From: Armatimonadota bacterium
Lineage (GTDB): Bacteria; Armatimonadota; UBA5829
Direction: 5' to 3'
DNA length: 64,000 nucleotides
Assembly: GCA_050948905.1 (NCBI GenBank)
Contig: JBMNES010000001.1
Span: forward strand, 896,129 to 960,128
The notes below the pieces were generated by a model that saw only the letters and a program-made list of their open reading frames with translations, was not told the origin of the DNA and did no database searches. A program made the translations under genes and the position numbers. Positions 8,620-18,901 of the stretch are shown one piece after another (the stretch's first letter is position 1; every line of letters starts with the position of its first letter).

Positions 8620-11319
8620 TTAAGACCGGCGTGGAATGCTCTCCATCTCCGCCCAGTTCGACCCAGCTTTGACGTCGACTTTCAAAGGCACTTTGAGCGG
8701 ATGCGCGCTTTCCATAGACTGCCGCACCAGCTCAGCCACTGCGTCGAGTTCCTCAGTCGGAACCTCGAAGAGCAGTTCATCGTGTACCTGAAGCACCATT
8801 TTCGCCTTATATGGCGCAAGCGCATCGGCGATTCGGATCATAGCTATTTTAATAATATCCGCCGCCATACCCTGGATCGGCATATTCACCGCCGCACGTT
8901 CCGCGAACTGGCGGACGTTTCGGTTGGCGTTGTGAATATCCGGCACATAGCGTCGCCTGCCGAGCTGAGTCGATACATAACCCCGATCACGGGCCTGTTC
9001 GATAGTCGAGTTTGTGTATTCCCGAACGCCTGGGAAGCGTGCAAAATAGGTGTCGATGTATGTCCGCGCCTCCTCGATGGGGATATCCAGCGTGCGGCTG
9101 AGGGCAAAGTCGCTCATTCCGTAGATGACCGCGAAGTTGACTGTCTTTGCTCTGCGACGCATCTCCGGGGTGACTTCATCCTCGCTGCATCCGAATATGG
9201 TGCTGGCTGTTCTGGTGTGAATATCCAGATCGTGCTCAAACGCAGATACCAGCCCCGCATCACCCGTCACATGCGCCATTATTCGCAGCTCTATCTGAGA
9301 ATAATCCGCAGATAGCAGCACACAGCCCGGTTTGGCCACAAAAGCCTTTCGAATCTCCCGGCCAAGCTCGGTGCGGATAGGGATATTCTGTAGGTTGGGG
9401 TCGCTTGATGACAGCCGCCCAGTGGCGGTCACGGCCTGGTTTAGCGAAGTGTGAACCCGACCCGTGGCGGGATTAATGAGCTTGGGAAGTGAATCGGCAT
9501 AGGTGGACTTGAGCTTGGTAAGCTCCCGCCATCTCAATATCTGCTCTACGATAGGATGATCCCCAGCCAGCGCTTCGAGGGTCGCAGCCGACGTCGAGTA
9601 TCCGGTCTTGGTGCGTTTGCCGCCGGTCAAACCCATCTTCTCGAAGAGCACGACTCCGATCTGTTTAGGCGAACCGATGTTAAACTGCTCCCCCGCGATC
9701 TCATATATCTGCTGTTCCAGTTCGCGAATCTGCGAGTTGAGCCTGAGGGACAGAGCTTCGAGTTCATTCCGGTCGATGGTGACTCCGGTCAGTTCCATAT
9801 CGGCCAAAATGCCGGCGAGCGGGAGTTCGATATCGTGATAGAGGCCATATTCGGCGTCGGTTTGAAGGCGCTCCTCAATCAGCGGTTTGACCCGGTATAT
9901 AACCTCAGCTTCGCTGCAGAATTGCTTGACCTCGTCAACTTCCGCCTCCTTGCTGGTAACCCCTGCAAGTTCAATTGACAACTGCTCGAAGGCGATGCTG
10001 CCTATATCGTAAGAACTGCGCGATGAATCCAGCACGTAAGCGCCGAGCATCGCATCGAAGTCTATGCCCCTTAACTCGACGCCGCGCAACGCCAACGCCG
10101 CGATGTTTCGCTTGGCATCGTGGACGTATTTGGTGAGGTCTTCATTGCTGAGAATGTCGACCAGATCAGGCAGATCGGCTTTGTAGGTCTCCCCCATCGA
10201 CAGGGTCAGATTCTGCTCAGCCGCGTCTTCTATCTGGACATAAGCGGTGCCTATTGGGTCGGCGCAGAAACTTATCCCCATAAGCCGTGCGTCTATCGAC
10301 TTTTCCTGGCTGGTGTTGCACTGCATCGCAAAAGCCCCGGCCTTCCGCAGGGATTCGATCAGTGCGTTTAATTCCTGTGCCGAATTGATGCGTCGGCACT
10401 CCCCCAATCCAGGTCGCCCTTCCACGCTTGTCTTGCCAGCGGCCTGCTCGACCTCCGGCAGGCGCTTGAGCATGGTCTTAAACTCCAGTCGAACGAACAG
10501 ATCCCGTAATGCGTCGTAATCCGGCTGCTTAAAACGGTATGACTCCAAGTCGAACTCGAACGGTACTTCGGTGACGATAGTAGCTAAATGTTTCGATAGC
10601 CTGGCAAGGTCTGCGTTTTCCTGAAGGGCTTTTTTAACCTTGCCTTCAGGCAGCTCGGAGACGTGGTCGAGGACACCTTCCACAGTCCCATATTTGGAGA
10701 GCAGGCTTTGCGCGGTTTTGTCGCCGATGCCGGGCACGCCGGGAATATTATCCGATGAATCCCCCTTCAGGCCTTTTAAATCTGCGATTTGATCGGGTTT
10801 GAGGCCGAATCTATCCTCCACAGCCTGCTCATCGTAGACGACAATATCAGAGACCCCCTTCACGGTGGTCAACACCTGCACATCCTCGTTGACCAACTGA
10901 AGCGCATCGAGGTCTCCGGTCAATATCTCAGAGGCGACACCATGAGAGCGGGCCTGCGTTACCAGCGCGCCGATAATATCGTCCCCTTCATACCCCTCGA
11001 CCTCAATTGTCGGGATATTAAAGGCCTGTATCAGCTCCCTTGCTATCGGGGCCTGCTCAATAAGCGCGTCCGGAGCCGCTTTGCGATGGGCCTTATATTG
11101 GTCGTATTGATCGTGTCTGAAGGTCGGTTTGGGGGTGTCGAAGGCCACCACGATATAATCAGGGTTCTCTTCGAGGACCTTCAGCAGCATAGTAGTCAAG
11201 CCGTAGACGGCGTTGGTCGGGGTGCCTGCGGATGTGGATAGATACCTCATCGCAAAAAACGCCCGGTATAGAAGACTGTTGCCATCTACGGCTATGAGTT
11301 TCGGTTTGTTTTTATTCAT
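8620..11319 (-). CDS. polA: DNA polymerase I
   Basis: 5'-3' exonuclease N-terminus (DGNSLLYRAFFA); TGRLSSSDPNLQNIP, ADYSQIELR and QVHDEL motifs. Confidence 0.98.
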   Translation of the reverse strand: MNKNKPKLIAVDGNSLLYRAFFAMRYLSTSAGTPTNAVYGLTTMLLKVLEENPDYIVVAFDTPKPTFRHDQYDQYKAHRKAAPDALIEQAPIARELIQAFNIPTIEVEGYEGDDIIGALVTQARSHGVASEILTGDLDALQLVNEDVQVLTTVKGVSDIVVYDEQAVEDRFGLKPDQIADLKGLKGDSSDNIPGVPGIGDKTAQSLLSKYGTVEGVLDHVSELPEGKVKKALQENADLARLSKHLATIVTEVPFEFDLESYRFKQPDYDALRDLFVRLEFKTMLKRLPEVEQAAGKTSVEGRPGLGECRRINSAQELNALIESLRKAGAFAMQCNTSQEKSIDARLMGISFCADPIGTAYVQIEDAAEQNLTLSMGETYKADLPDLVDILSNEDLTKYVHDAKRNIAALALRGVELRGIDFDAMLGAYVLDSSRSSYDIGSIAFEQLSIELAGVTSKEAEVDEVKQFCSEAEVIYRVKPLIEERLQTDAEYGLYHDIELPLAGILADMELTGVTIDRNELEALSLRLNSQIRELEQQIYEIAGEQFNIGSPKQIGVVLFEKMGLTGGKRTKTGYSTSAATLEALAGDHPIVEQILRWRELTKLKSTYADSLPKLINPATGRVHTSLNQAVTATGRLSSSDPNLQNIPIRTELGREIRKAFVAKPGCVLLSADYSQIELRIMAHVTGDAGLVSAFEHDLDIHTRTASTIFGCSEDEVTPEMRRRAKTVNFAVIYGMSDFALSRTLDIPIEEARTYIDTYFARFPGVREYTNSTIEQARDRGYVSTQLGRRRYVPDIHNANRNVRQFAERAAVNMPIQGMAADIIKIAMIRIADALAPYKAKMVLQVHDELLFEVPTEELDAVAELVRQSMESAHPLKVPLKVDVKAGSNWAEMESIPRRS

Positions 11320-11340
11320 AAGACTGCTGTAATCTGGTCG

Positions 11341-12393
11341 TTATCTAAGACCTGTGCCGGCGCTATTGGTCAACTGGTCGATTAATTGCCTGCCGATTGC
11401 GCCCCGAAAAGACTCGCTCTCCGAGCTGAGTATATCGGAGAACGACAGGCGCTTTTTGTATTCTACCACCTTAGGCTCGCCCTTGATTCCTCCTGCCTTC
11501 GCCGCCGCGGCGATTGTGTCCTGAATGCCGCCGATATCGTCCACCAATTTGACATTCTTTGCCTGGCTGCCTGTAAAGACGCGTCCATCGGCGATCTTTT
11601 TGACATCGCCCACAGGAAGTTTGCGTCCTTTCGCCACCGCGTTGACGAACTGTTCGTATGTGTCCATTACTATACCCTGTAACAGGGCGCGTTCTTCAGG
11701 CGTAAGGGGTCGATTTGGCGATCCGATATCCTTGAACTTGCCGGACTTAACGACCTGCGGGCTGTATCCGATTTTTTTGAACAGCCCGCTCATATCGGCC
11801 ACATCCCAGATCACTCCAATACTTCCGGTGAGGGTCGAATCGTCGGCGTAGATTTTGTCCGAAGCCGCTGCGATATAATAACCGCCGGAGGCCGCCACGT
11901 CGGCCATGGATGTGTAGATCGGTTTTTTGGCCGCACGGATACGCATAAGCTCCTTGTATACTTCTTCAGAGGCCGCCGGGCTTCCACCGGGGCTGTTTAT
12001 GCGCAGGACTATAGCCTTGACGCTCTTGCTTTTGCGCGCCTTCTCTAGTTGATCTATCAGATCATCAGAGCCGGTGGTCGAATCGCTGAACATACTGGTG
12101 ACGCTGCGTCCGGATGTAATTACTCCGGTGATTCGAATTAGCGCGATATGATCGCCTCGTTCTGTGACAGGCCCGCCGAAGCTGGACATTCCCGCGCAGG
12201 CCGCAACTATAACGACAATCGCTATAATCAGCCACGGCAAGCAGCCGACGACCAGCGAGACCGGGATCACCCACAGCCAATTATTGCGTCGGGGGGGCTG
12301 AGGGGGCTGAGGAGGAATGTTGTTACTGATGACTGGAGGCGGGGTCGGCTCCTGGCCACCGGGCTGCGAGTTCTGAGAAGCATCTTCGTTCAT
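11341..12393 (-). CDS. sppA: Signal peptide peptidase SppA (36K type, S49)
   Basis: RINSPGGS, AASGGYYIA, TGSIGV and KSGKFKD motifs. Confidence 0.93.
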   Translation of the reverse strand: MNEDASQNSQPGGQEPTPPPVISNNIPPQPPQPPRRNNWLWVIPVSLVVGCLPWLIIAIVVIVAACAGMSSFGGPVTERGDHIALIRITGVITSGRSVTSMFSDSTTGSDDLIDQLEKARKSKSVKAIVLRINSPGGSPAASEEVYKELMRIRAAKKPIYTSMADVAASGGYYIAAASDKIYADDSTLTGSIGVIWDVADMSGLFKKIGYSPQVVKSGKFKDIGSPNRPLTPEERALLQGIVMDTYEQFVNAVAKGRKLPVGDVKKIADGRVFTGSQAKNVKLVDDIGGIQDTIAAAAKAGGIKGEPKVVEYKKRLSFSDILSSESESFRGAIGRQLIDQLTNSAGTGLR

Positions 12394-12444
12394 TTAATCG
12401 CTCCTTTGGAACGTATTTACGCGAAGTATGATTCTCTGCTTGCA

Positions 12445-12473
12445 TTGACACTTCCTGCTTTACGCGTTATAAT
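12445..12473 (+). promoter_or_regulatory. Consensus sigma70 promoter of tRNA-Leu
   Basis: TTGACA-17 bp-TATAAT ending 8 bp upstream of the tRNA. Confidence 0.85.
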
Positions 12474-12481
12474 TTTCCCAC

Positions 12482-12567
12482 GCCGGAGTGGCGGAATGGC
12501 AGACGCAGTGGTCTCAAAAACCACCGAGGGCAACCTCATGTCGGTTCGACTCCGACCTCCGGCACCA
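12482..12567 (+). tRNA. tRNA-Leu (anticodon CAA)
   Basis: GCCGGAG/CTCCGGC acceptor stem, GTGGT-CTCAAAA-ACCAC anticodon arm, long variable arm, GGTTCGACTCC T-arm, encoded CCA. Confidence 0.96.
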
Positions 12568-12613
12568 ACCCACCAACCTCGCTGTTTCCAGCAACTGCCA
12601 GCGTGAATCAATG

Positions 12614-13870
12614 TTAACTGCTCTGCGTGGCTGGCTTTCTGCGCAGCCACATCGACACCAAAGTGTTTGCAGCCAATACAAACAAAAATGGATACGTCCA
12701 GTAGGCATATCTCGGCTCTGCGCTTGACATTACCGCCGCTATAAAAGTTACATACAAAACAAACAGGAGCGTGTAACCACGAAACAGCAGATCAATATTG
12801 CGATTCCAGAACCCGGGCACAGCAAGGGCTAAAAGCAAAATATTTACCGCGGCGAAAAGCAACGTCGATCTAGATGGCGGCTGGCTCCAGAAGAGGTTTG
12901 TCCATTGGCGGGCAATTTTTATGAAGCAGGATTCAACAAACTCACCCGGATGTGATTTGATTTGCCTGATTGCAATTTTCTTGAAGATCTTGTCTCTTTC
13001 ATAGCCGGTCTTGTCTCCTACTTTTGATTTAACATCTTCAGGAAGCGAGCCAAGATCCGACGACACCATATTAATTGCGCTCCAATTGCAATAAAGCACC
13101 CTGCCTCCCTGAGATGGCATCGGAGTAAAAACGCCGAACAAACGCTGGTTTCTTACGGCCCACGGCATAAGCACCAAACCCGCGACCACCGTCAATATAG
13201 CCACCCCCAGTACAGCTTTTGTTAATGGCCACCTGCGCCATAATGCAAGAACCAGGAAGATTAGAGGAAAAGCAATCGCTGTCGGGCGTATATACAGAGC
13301 TAATCCCAACATAAGCCCCCCGATCGCCCAGGGCCAAATTTTTCTGGACGAGATAGCCCACCCTGTTAGCACGATGAGAAAGAACACTAGAAACCCAAAT
13401 GGCGAATCGTTGAACATTTCAGAATCAGCGAGCGCAAGAGGGGGGTACAGCGCCATAAAAAGCCCGGCCAACAAGGCGACTCCTTTTCTGCGTGTCACGG
13501 CATAACCCAATACCGCCGTCGCCCCGCATACGATAGCGGACAGTATACTTTGAATGAGATAGACAGAAATAAAGCTGTGGCCGAACACCGTATATATAGC
13601 GGCCAAAAAAGCAGAATAGCCCGGTGCCTTGTCTGATAGAGGAAGGTTCTTAAAAACGAAACCGAGTCCGTTTACAATGGATACGGCCACCTGATCATAA
13701 AGTCTCGCGTCACCGAGAAGCGGCAAATTGGCTCTATACACGGCAAAGCCGGCACGTGCGAAAAAACCTAATATCATGCAAATAACAATGATGCGTCCAC
13801 ATTGTTGTAATATTTCGTGCAAAGACGCCGCAGAAGATGTTTTACCGTCCACCCGCTTTTTCATATTCAT
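12614..13870 (-). CDS. GT-C fold membrane glycosyltransferase (ArnT/GT39-like)
   Basis: GDARLYD, PGYSAFLA, IRPT, PWAVRN and EPRY motifs; many TM segments. Confidence 0.75.
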   Translation of the reverse strand: MNMKKRVDGKTSSAASLHEILQQCGRIIVICMILGFFARAGFAVYRANLPLLGDARLYDQVAVSIVNGLGFVFKNLPLSDKAPGYSAFLAAIYTVFGHSFISVYLIQSILSAIVCGATAVLGYAVTRRKGVALLAGLFMALYPPLALADSEMFNDSPFGFLVFFLIVLTGWAISSRKIWPWAIGGLMLGLALYIRPTAIAFPLIFLVLALWRRWPLTKAVLGVAILTVVAGLVLMPWAVRNQRLFGVFTPMPSQGGRVLYCNWSAINMVSSDLGSLPEDVKSKVGDKTGYERDKIFKKIAIRQIKSHPGEFVESCFIKIARQWTNLFWSQPPSRSTLLFAAVNILLLALAVPGFWNRNIDLLFRGYTLLFVLYVTFIAAVMSSAEPRYAYWTYPFLFVLAANTLVSMWLRRKPATQSS

Positions 13871-13985
13871 GGAAGAATTCCTTATTAATTCGAGCAGCTC
13901 TGTTAATACAGTTAGCCTTAACGATTAGCAGTCCTTCATTCTTGCGCCTGGCAAGGACAAGTGATAAGCTGGTGATTAGAAGGAT

Positions 13986-14927
13986 ATGAGGTCTTTTTCA
14001 ATAAATTTTAAGCGAATCCTGCTGTCGATTGCCAAGTTTCTGGTAGCGATTATTGTATTATATCTGGCAATACGACAGATAACCGGCGCCGTAAAGGGCC
14101 TTGATCTGTCGACAGTCAGATTGTCTCCTTTTTACCTTTTATTGTCGGGCCTTCTCTACCTGACTGGTATGGCTTTCTTCGGATCTTTCTGGAGAATTGC
14201 TGCTGCGGATATGGGCGGCAAAATGGGGCATAAGGAAGCTCTTAGGGCATATCTGATTAGTCAGCTCGGCAAATACGTTCCGGGTAAAGCCTGGGTTCCG
14301 ATGATGAGATGTGCACTTGTCGACCGAAACCGATCGGGAGTCGCTGTTACTGCCATTTCGTCCATTTATGAAACACTAATCATGATGGCCGTCGGCGCCT
14401 TAATATCCGTTATTACATTGTTGTTCGGAGGCATACGTCAGACCTCTGTTTTAGCTGCTGCCGGGGCCATTGCAATTTGTTTTGGAGTATTCGTACAACC
14501 TTTTGTTTTCCAGCTCCTGATCAAGATGATCCAGGTCTTTCGAAAAGGCAGCAACGAATTTGTAAGCCCCGTTCGCTATAGCACCATGGTTCGGGGCATT
14601 TATATAGAATCCGCAGGATGGCTTTTGCTGGGTTTAAGCCTTGCAGCAGTGGCAGCGGCCGTCGGGATACCGATGTGGAGCTTTAAAGGCCTGATGCTTA
14701 TGACGGGCAATTCGGCTTTAGCTATCGCTGGGGGATTTGTGGCGGTTGTCGTCCCTGCGGGGCTCGGGGTACGAACGTCAATTATGATATTTACGTTGTC
14801 GCCTCTAATCGGAGCGGGCCCGGCAGCGATGATCGGTTTAGTTATGAGAATCGTTCAGATCGTAAGCGAACTGATCGTGAGTGGTGTTTTCTATTTTTTC
14901 GGTAGCAGGAGCGGATCAAATGATTAG
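13986..14927 (+). CDS. Lysylphosphatidylglycerol synthase TM-region (flippase-like) protein
   Basis: SQLGKYVPG and PAGLGVR motifs; hydrophobic. Confidence 0.75.
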   Translation: MRSFSINFKRILLSIAKFLVAIIVLYLAIRQITGAVKGLDLSTVRLSPFYLLLSGLLYLTGMAFFGSFWRIAAADMGGKMGHKEALRAYLISQLGKYVPGKAWVPMMRCALVDRNRSGVAVTAISSIYETLIMMAVGALISVITLLFGGIRQTSVLAAAGAIAICFGVFVQPFVFQLLIKMIQVFRKGSNEFVSPVRYSTMVRGIYIESAGWLLLGLSLAAVAAAVGIPMWSFKGLMLMTGNSALAIAGGFVAVVVPAGLGVRTSIMIFTLSPLIGAGPAAMIGLVMRIVQIVSELIVSGVFYFFGSRSGSND

Positions 14928-15852
14928 CATCATAATCCCTACTTATAATGAAGAGGAAAATGTTACCCAACTGGTTGCCGAGATCGACGGCGTCCTGGCC
15001 AAGGAAAACCTTGATGCCGAGATGATTTTTGTCGACGATGGTTCCACTGATGCCACATGGCAAAAAATCGTGGATTTGTCAGGGGCTAATAAGAATATAA
15101 GGGGAGTCCGCTTCCGGCGCAATTTCGGAAAAGCCGCAGCGCTCTCTGCAGGGGTCGCAAAGGCACGTGGCGACATAATCATCACTATGGATGCTGATCT
15201 GCAGGACAACCCGGAGGAAATACCGCATCTTCTTGCCAAGATAGAAGAGGGCTATGATGTGGTCAGTGGTTGGAAGAAACGACGGTTTGACCCGTGGCAT
15301 AAGGTGATGCCGAGCCGTGTATTTAACTGGTTTATCGGAAAAATTTGTGGGCCGCCGCTGCACGATCACAACTGCGGCCTCAAATGCTACAAGACGGAAG
15401 TGCTTCACGAAGTTACCCTGTATGGAGAACTTCATAGATTTATCACTGTGCTTGCTTATGCGCGAGGCTTTCGTGTGACGGAAATACCAGTAGAGCACCG
15501 ACGGCGCATCCACGGAACGTCCAAATATGGCGTTAAACGTTTCTTAAAAGGCTTTTTAGATCTCATCACCGTGAGGTTTCTGACCGGCTACGGCCAGCGC
15601 CCACAACACTTTCTCGGCGCATTCGGGACACTGGCATTCGCGCTTGGATCTGCGGGGTTAATCTATCTTGCTATTTTATGGCTCGAAGGAGTCAGGCCGA
15701 TTGGCACCCGGCCTGTTCTTATATACTCGGTGGCGGCGTTATTGCTTGGGGCTCAGTTGGTTTCGGTGGGTATTCTTGCTGAGTTGCTGACGTCTCACAA
15801 CATAAGCACGAGAGTAGATAAACTCTACAGCGTCTCCGAGGAAATAGGATAA
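14920..15852 (+). CDS. Polyprenol-phosphate glycosyltransferase, GT2 (ArnC/GtrB-like)
   Basis: MISIIIPTYNEEEN, DDGSTD, RNFGKAAA and MDADLQD motifs; two C-terminal TM helices; ATG 14920 overlaps the upstream gene end. Confidence 0.88.
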   Translation: MISIIIPTYNEEENVTQLVAEIDGVLAKENLDAEMIFVDDGSTDATWQKIVDLSGANKNIRGVRFRRNFGKAAALSAGVAKARGDIIITMDADLQDNPEEIPHLLAKIEEGYDVVSGWKKRRFDPWHKVMPSRVFNWFIGKICGPPLHDHNCGLKCYKTEVLHEVTLYGELHRFITVLAYARGFRVTEIPVEHRRRIHGTSKYGVKRFLKGFLDLITVRFLTGYGQRPQHFLGAFGTLAFALGSAGLIYLAILWLEGVRPIGTRPVLIYSVAALLLGAQLVSVGILAELLTSHNISTRVDKLYSVSEEIG

Positions 15853-15860
15853 CAGTTAGT

Positions 15861-16238
15861 ATGGTAAAGGCAATCCTTGTTTTAGCAGGCGGGGCGTTGG
15901 GAGCTCTGACCAGGTATGGGGTCACTCATTTTAGCACGAAAACGCACCCCTCCACGTTCCCCTTCGGCACGCTATATGTAAATTTGATCGGGTGTTTGTT
16001 GATAGGATTAGTGTTCGGACTCAACGAGATGCGCGGGGTCAATTATCAATTTCGGCTCTTTTTCACCACCGGATTTTTAGGCGCGTTGACCACTTTTTCG
16101 GCCTACAGCCTGGAGACCATCAGCCACGCCAACAGCGGGGAGACTTCGCTTGCAATAGCTAATATAGCACTAAGCAATGCAGGCGGGCTGTTGTGCGTGA
16201 AATTGGGCTCAATTTTAGCTCGATTTTTCTGTGCATGA
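15861..16238 (+). CDS. crcB: Fluoride efflux channel Fluc/CrcB
   Basis: GGALGALTRY, FPFGTLYVN and TGFLGALTTFS motifs; 125 aa. Confidence 0.93.
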   Translation: MVKAILVLAGGALGALTRYGVTHFSTKTHPSTFPFGTLYVNLIGCLLIGLVFGLNEMRGVNYQFRLFFTTGFLGALTTFSAYSLETISHANSGETSLAIANIALSNAGGLLCVKLGSILARFFCA

Positions 16239-16296
16239 AATGAATATCGGCTTTCTGGGATTTGTGGGATTGTCATAGTCTTTGGACAGGTTGAGC

Positions 16297-16326
16297 TTGA
16301 CCTTGGTGGTTGGGCGATGTTATACT
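16297..16326 (+). promoter_or_regulatory. Sigma70 promoter of cdaA-cdaR
   Basis: TTGACC-18 bp-TATACT with extended -10 TG. Confidence 0.6.
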
Positions 16327-16361
16327 TATTAAAGAATATACACACAGCCATAGGGCACTAA

Positions 16362-17234
16362 ATGAGCTTCCTATCAGCCGTGCAGAGAGACCTCCAAAGC
16401 GCCGGGTGGACGACCGTGATCTCCACCATAGCAGACGTAGCCCTCGTTACCCTCGCCGTCTACTGGGTCATTATGCTTTCCAAGCGCCGGCCGGCCTGGC
16501 AGATCCTATGGGGACTGCTGGTATTTTTCGGTCTGGTCTATCTCACGGAACGCATGCAACTTCATACCATAAACTTCCTTTTGAGGTCGTTTTTATATGT
16601 GCTGCCCGTTGCGGTAGTCATACTATTTCAGCCCGAACTGCGACAGATGTTGGAAAACATGGGCAGTGTGGCAGGTTGGGGCCGCGGGCTGGCTATGGTT
16701 CCTACAGAAGAGGTCAATTCCCTTATCCACGTAGTTGCACACTCCGCTGCGACGATGTCGGAGAGAAGAATCGGGGCTTTGATCGTTATCGAACGAGAAA
16801 GCCCGCTTGATGCAATTGCCGCCACGGGAACCCGAATCAACGCGGTCCTCAGCGAGCAACTCATAGGATCAATATTCTACCCCGGCAATCCGCTTCACGA
16901 CGGGGCGGTAATTATCCGTGGCTCAAGGGTTGTGGCCGCAGGCTGTACGCTGCCACTGAGCGAGAGCGCTAACGTGGGGACGATGGTGCATACGCGGCAC
17001 AAAGCCGCGCTTGGCGTGGCGGAAGAGAGCGATGCGGCGGTGGTTGTGGTATCTGAGGAGACGGGCACTATTTCCCTTGCTCTGGAAGGCACGCTTCATC
17101 GCGGTTTAGACCTCGAAGCACTGATGCACTGGCTCAACGTGGTCTGCGGCACGCATGACGACTCCGCATCTAAAGCAAAATTTGCCCGAACAGTTGATGA
17201 TACTCTTAGAAAGGCCGGGCTGAGACGAAAATGA
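16362..17234 (+). CDS. cdaA: Diadenylate cyclase CdaA/DacA
   Basis: Three N-terminal TM helices; FQPELR, LHDGAV, TRHKAA (RHR variant) and VSEETG motifs. Confidence 0.93.
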   Translation: MSFLSAVQRDLQSAGWTTVISTIADVALVTLAVYWVIMLSKRRPAWQILWGLLVFFGLVYLTERMQLHTINFLLRSFLYVLPVAVVILFQPELRQMLENMGSVAGWGRGLAMVPTEEVNSLIHVVAHSAATMSERRIGALIVIERESPLDAIAATGTRINAVLSEQLIGSIFYPGNPLHDGAVIIRGSRVVAAGCTLPLSESANVGTMVHTRHKAALGVAEESDAAVVVVSEETGTISLALEGTLHRGLDLEALMHWLNVVCGTHDDSASKAKFARTVDDTLRKAGLRRK

Positions 17235-18184
17235 TCCGGCATAACTGGAAATATAAATTGCTGGCGCTGATGGTCGCTCTGATTTTATGGACCTATGTCA
17301 ATGCGGAGCGCAACCCGCAGTCACGCCAAACATTCAGGATACCGGTAGAAATCATTGAGGTCAGCACGGGGCATGTGGCTCAACTTGGCACCAGCAAAAT
17401 ATCGGTGACAGTGGCTGGGCTGAAAACAGCGGTGGACTCGGTGGCGAAGGAGGATATCGAAGCCTTTGTGAACCTGCGATCTATGCCGCTTGGCAAGAAT
17501 GTGGCAGAGGCGCAGCTTCCTGTGCAGGTGAGATTGCCGAGGGCGATAGCGGCAGATTTAGATGTGACCGCCACTCCACGTACGATTCACGTCCGAATGG
17601 AAGCTTTGGGGGAGAAGCGAATCCCGGTTAAGGTCGGCTTTGTGGCGGACCCGCCGCCTGGGTTCTCATACGGCACTCCTATCGTGACTCCAGGCGCGAT
17701 TGTGGCTTCCGGGCGCGTGACCCAGCTTGCTAAGATCAACTCCGCGTCGATTACGCTCTCAAGCGACCTGGCAAGCTCTCCTAACGGAGATTACTGCGAT
17801 GTTTCTGCATTGGACAAGCAAGGCAACGTCGTCAGCGAGGTCAGCGTGCGACCTGAAAGGGTGAGGGTTAAGCTCGATATGGTGGAGATGCCCGCGACAA
17901 AGACGGTCATCATCAGCCCGGTCTTTAGCGGCGTTCCCAAATTCCCTTCAAGGGTTCAAAAATACACCGTGACCCCATCGTCGGTGACATTAGAAGGCAA
18001 ACCGAGCAGGCTGGCAAACATAAGCGCGATTACCACGGATACAATCTCTTTAGAAGGGGCGGAGTCGACGATCGTCCGAGATATCTCACTGGATATCCCG
18101 TCTGGCACAAAGCCGATCGGCTCAAGGACAGTTCGAGTCACGGTCTATATAGTGACACCGCACCAGCCGGCCAATAACGATTAA
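17231..18184 (+). CDS. cdaR: CdaR/YbbR-domain regulator
   Basis: NWKYKLLALMVALILW anchor followed by repeated YbbR-like beta domains; overlaps the cdaA stop. Confidence 0.85.
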   Translation: MIRHNWKYKLLALMVALILWTYVNAERNPQSRQTFRIPVEIIEVSTGHVAQLGTSKISVTVAGLKTAVDSVAKEDIEAFVNLRSMPLGKNVAEAQLPVQVRLPRAIAADLDVTATPRTIHVRMEALGEKRIPVKVGFVADPPPGFSYGTPIVTPGAIVASGRVTQLAKINSASITLSSDLASSPNGDYCDVSALDKQGNVVSEVSVRPERVRVKLDMVEMPATKTVIISPVFSGVPKFPSRVQKYTVTPSSVTLEGKPSRLANISAITTDTISLEGAESTIVRDISLDIPSGTKPIGSRTVRVTVYIVTPHQPANND

Positions 18185-18720
18185 GGCTCGTGGATATATG
18201 CGCTGAGCCTTGGCAGAAGCAGAGGCACTTTGGCGCGATATTTAAGGTAGTCCTCTCCGAATCGCAAAGCCAGCCCTGCTTCTTCGGATTCAGCCACAAA
18301 CAGCCACAGAAGACCGATCACCGGCACAAGCACAAACCCGGTCAGAGAGCCGCGTAAAAAGGCTATGCCAAGCAAAATGGCAAGCAGGCCGAGCATCATA
18401 GGGTTGCGTGTGTAGGCATAAGGTCCTGTGGTGACCAGGGTCTGTGTCGGTTGGATCGCCCGACCGAAGAGCTCCAAAGGCAGCCCCCGGCCCACGAACA
18501 GCAAATACGACCACGACCACAACACCCAGAACGCACCGACCAGTATCCCCGCAGCACCAACTATCGAAGACCACGGTACACCTAAAAGCCGCGACAGGTT
18601 GAATGCGCGATCAAGGAAGATCGTCACCACCCAGAAGGCAGCGGGCGCCACCAATCCTATAAGAATGACGCTTATCGCCGCACCGATTACCCGCCTGTGA
18701 ATGCTGACATTGTTTTCCAT
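18181..18720 (-). CDS. Isoprenylcysteine carboxylmethyltransferase/PEMT family membrane protein
   Basis: LVTTGPYAYTRNPM and EE..L..RFGEDY..Y...VP motifs. Confidence 0.8.
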   Translation of the reverse strand: MENNVSIHRRVIGAAISVILIGLVAPAAFWVVTIFLDRAFNLSRLLGVPWSSIVGAAGILVGAFWVLWSWSYLLFVGRGLPLELFGRAIQPTQTLVTTGPYAYTRNPMMLGLLAILLGIAFLRGSLTGFVLVPVIGLLWLFVAESEEAGLALRFGEDYLKYRAKVPLLLPRLSAYIHEP

Positions 18721-18901
18721 TGCGCACTCCCATTGACTCATTACCCTTCGACGTTGAGCTCAAACCATGGTATGTGAGGAGGATGCGTGACAATGTATCT
18801 TCAGAGTGCTACACTATTCCTATCGCCAGGGAGTGTCATCCTGGCGTGTGTTATTTTAGTATATTCCAAAGAATGCGCTTTGGCGCCTGGGGGGTTTCCA
18901 C

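Noticed and set aside
10000-10400. Degenerate 3'-5' exonuclease motifs in PolA (FAMQCNT instead of D.E)
   Set aside because: Loss of proofreading is common in bacterial Pol I and is not novel.
15800-15861. Fluoride riboswitch before crcB
   Set aside because: crcB starts 8 bp after the GT2 stop, leaving no room, and no GGCGATGG..TTCGCC-like motif is seen.
18741-18901. c-di-AMP (ydaO) riboswitch upstream of kimA
   Set aside because: The conserved GCTGAATCC/GGAACC elements are absent from this intergenic region.
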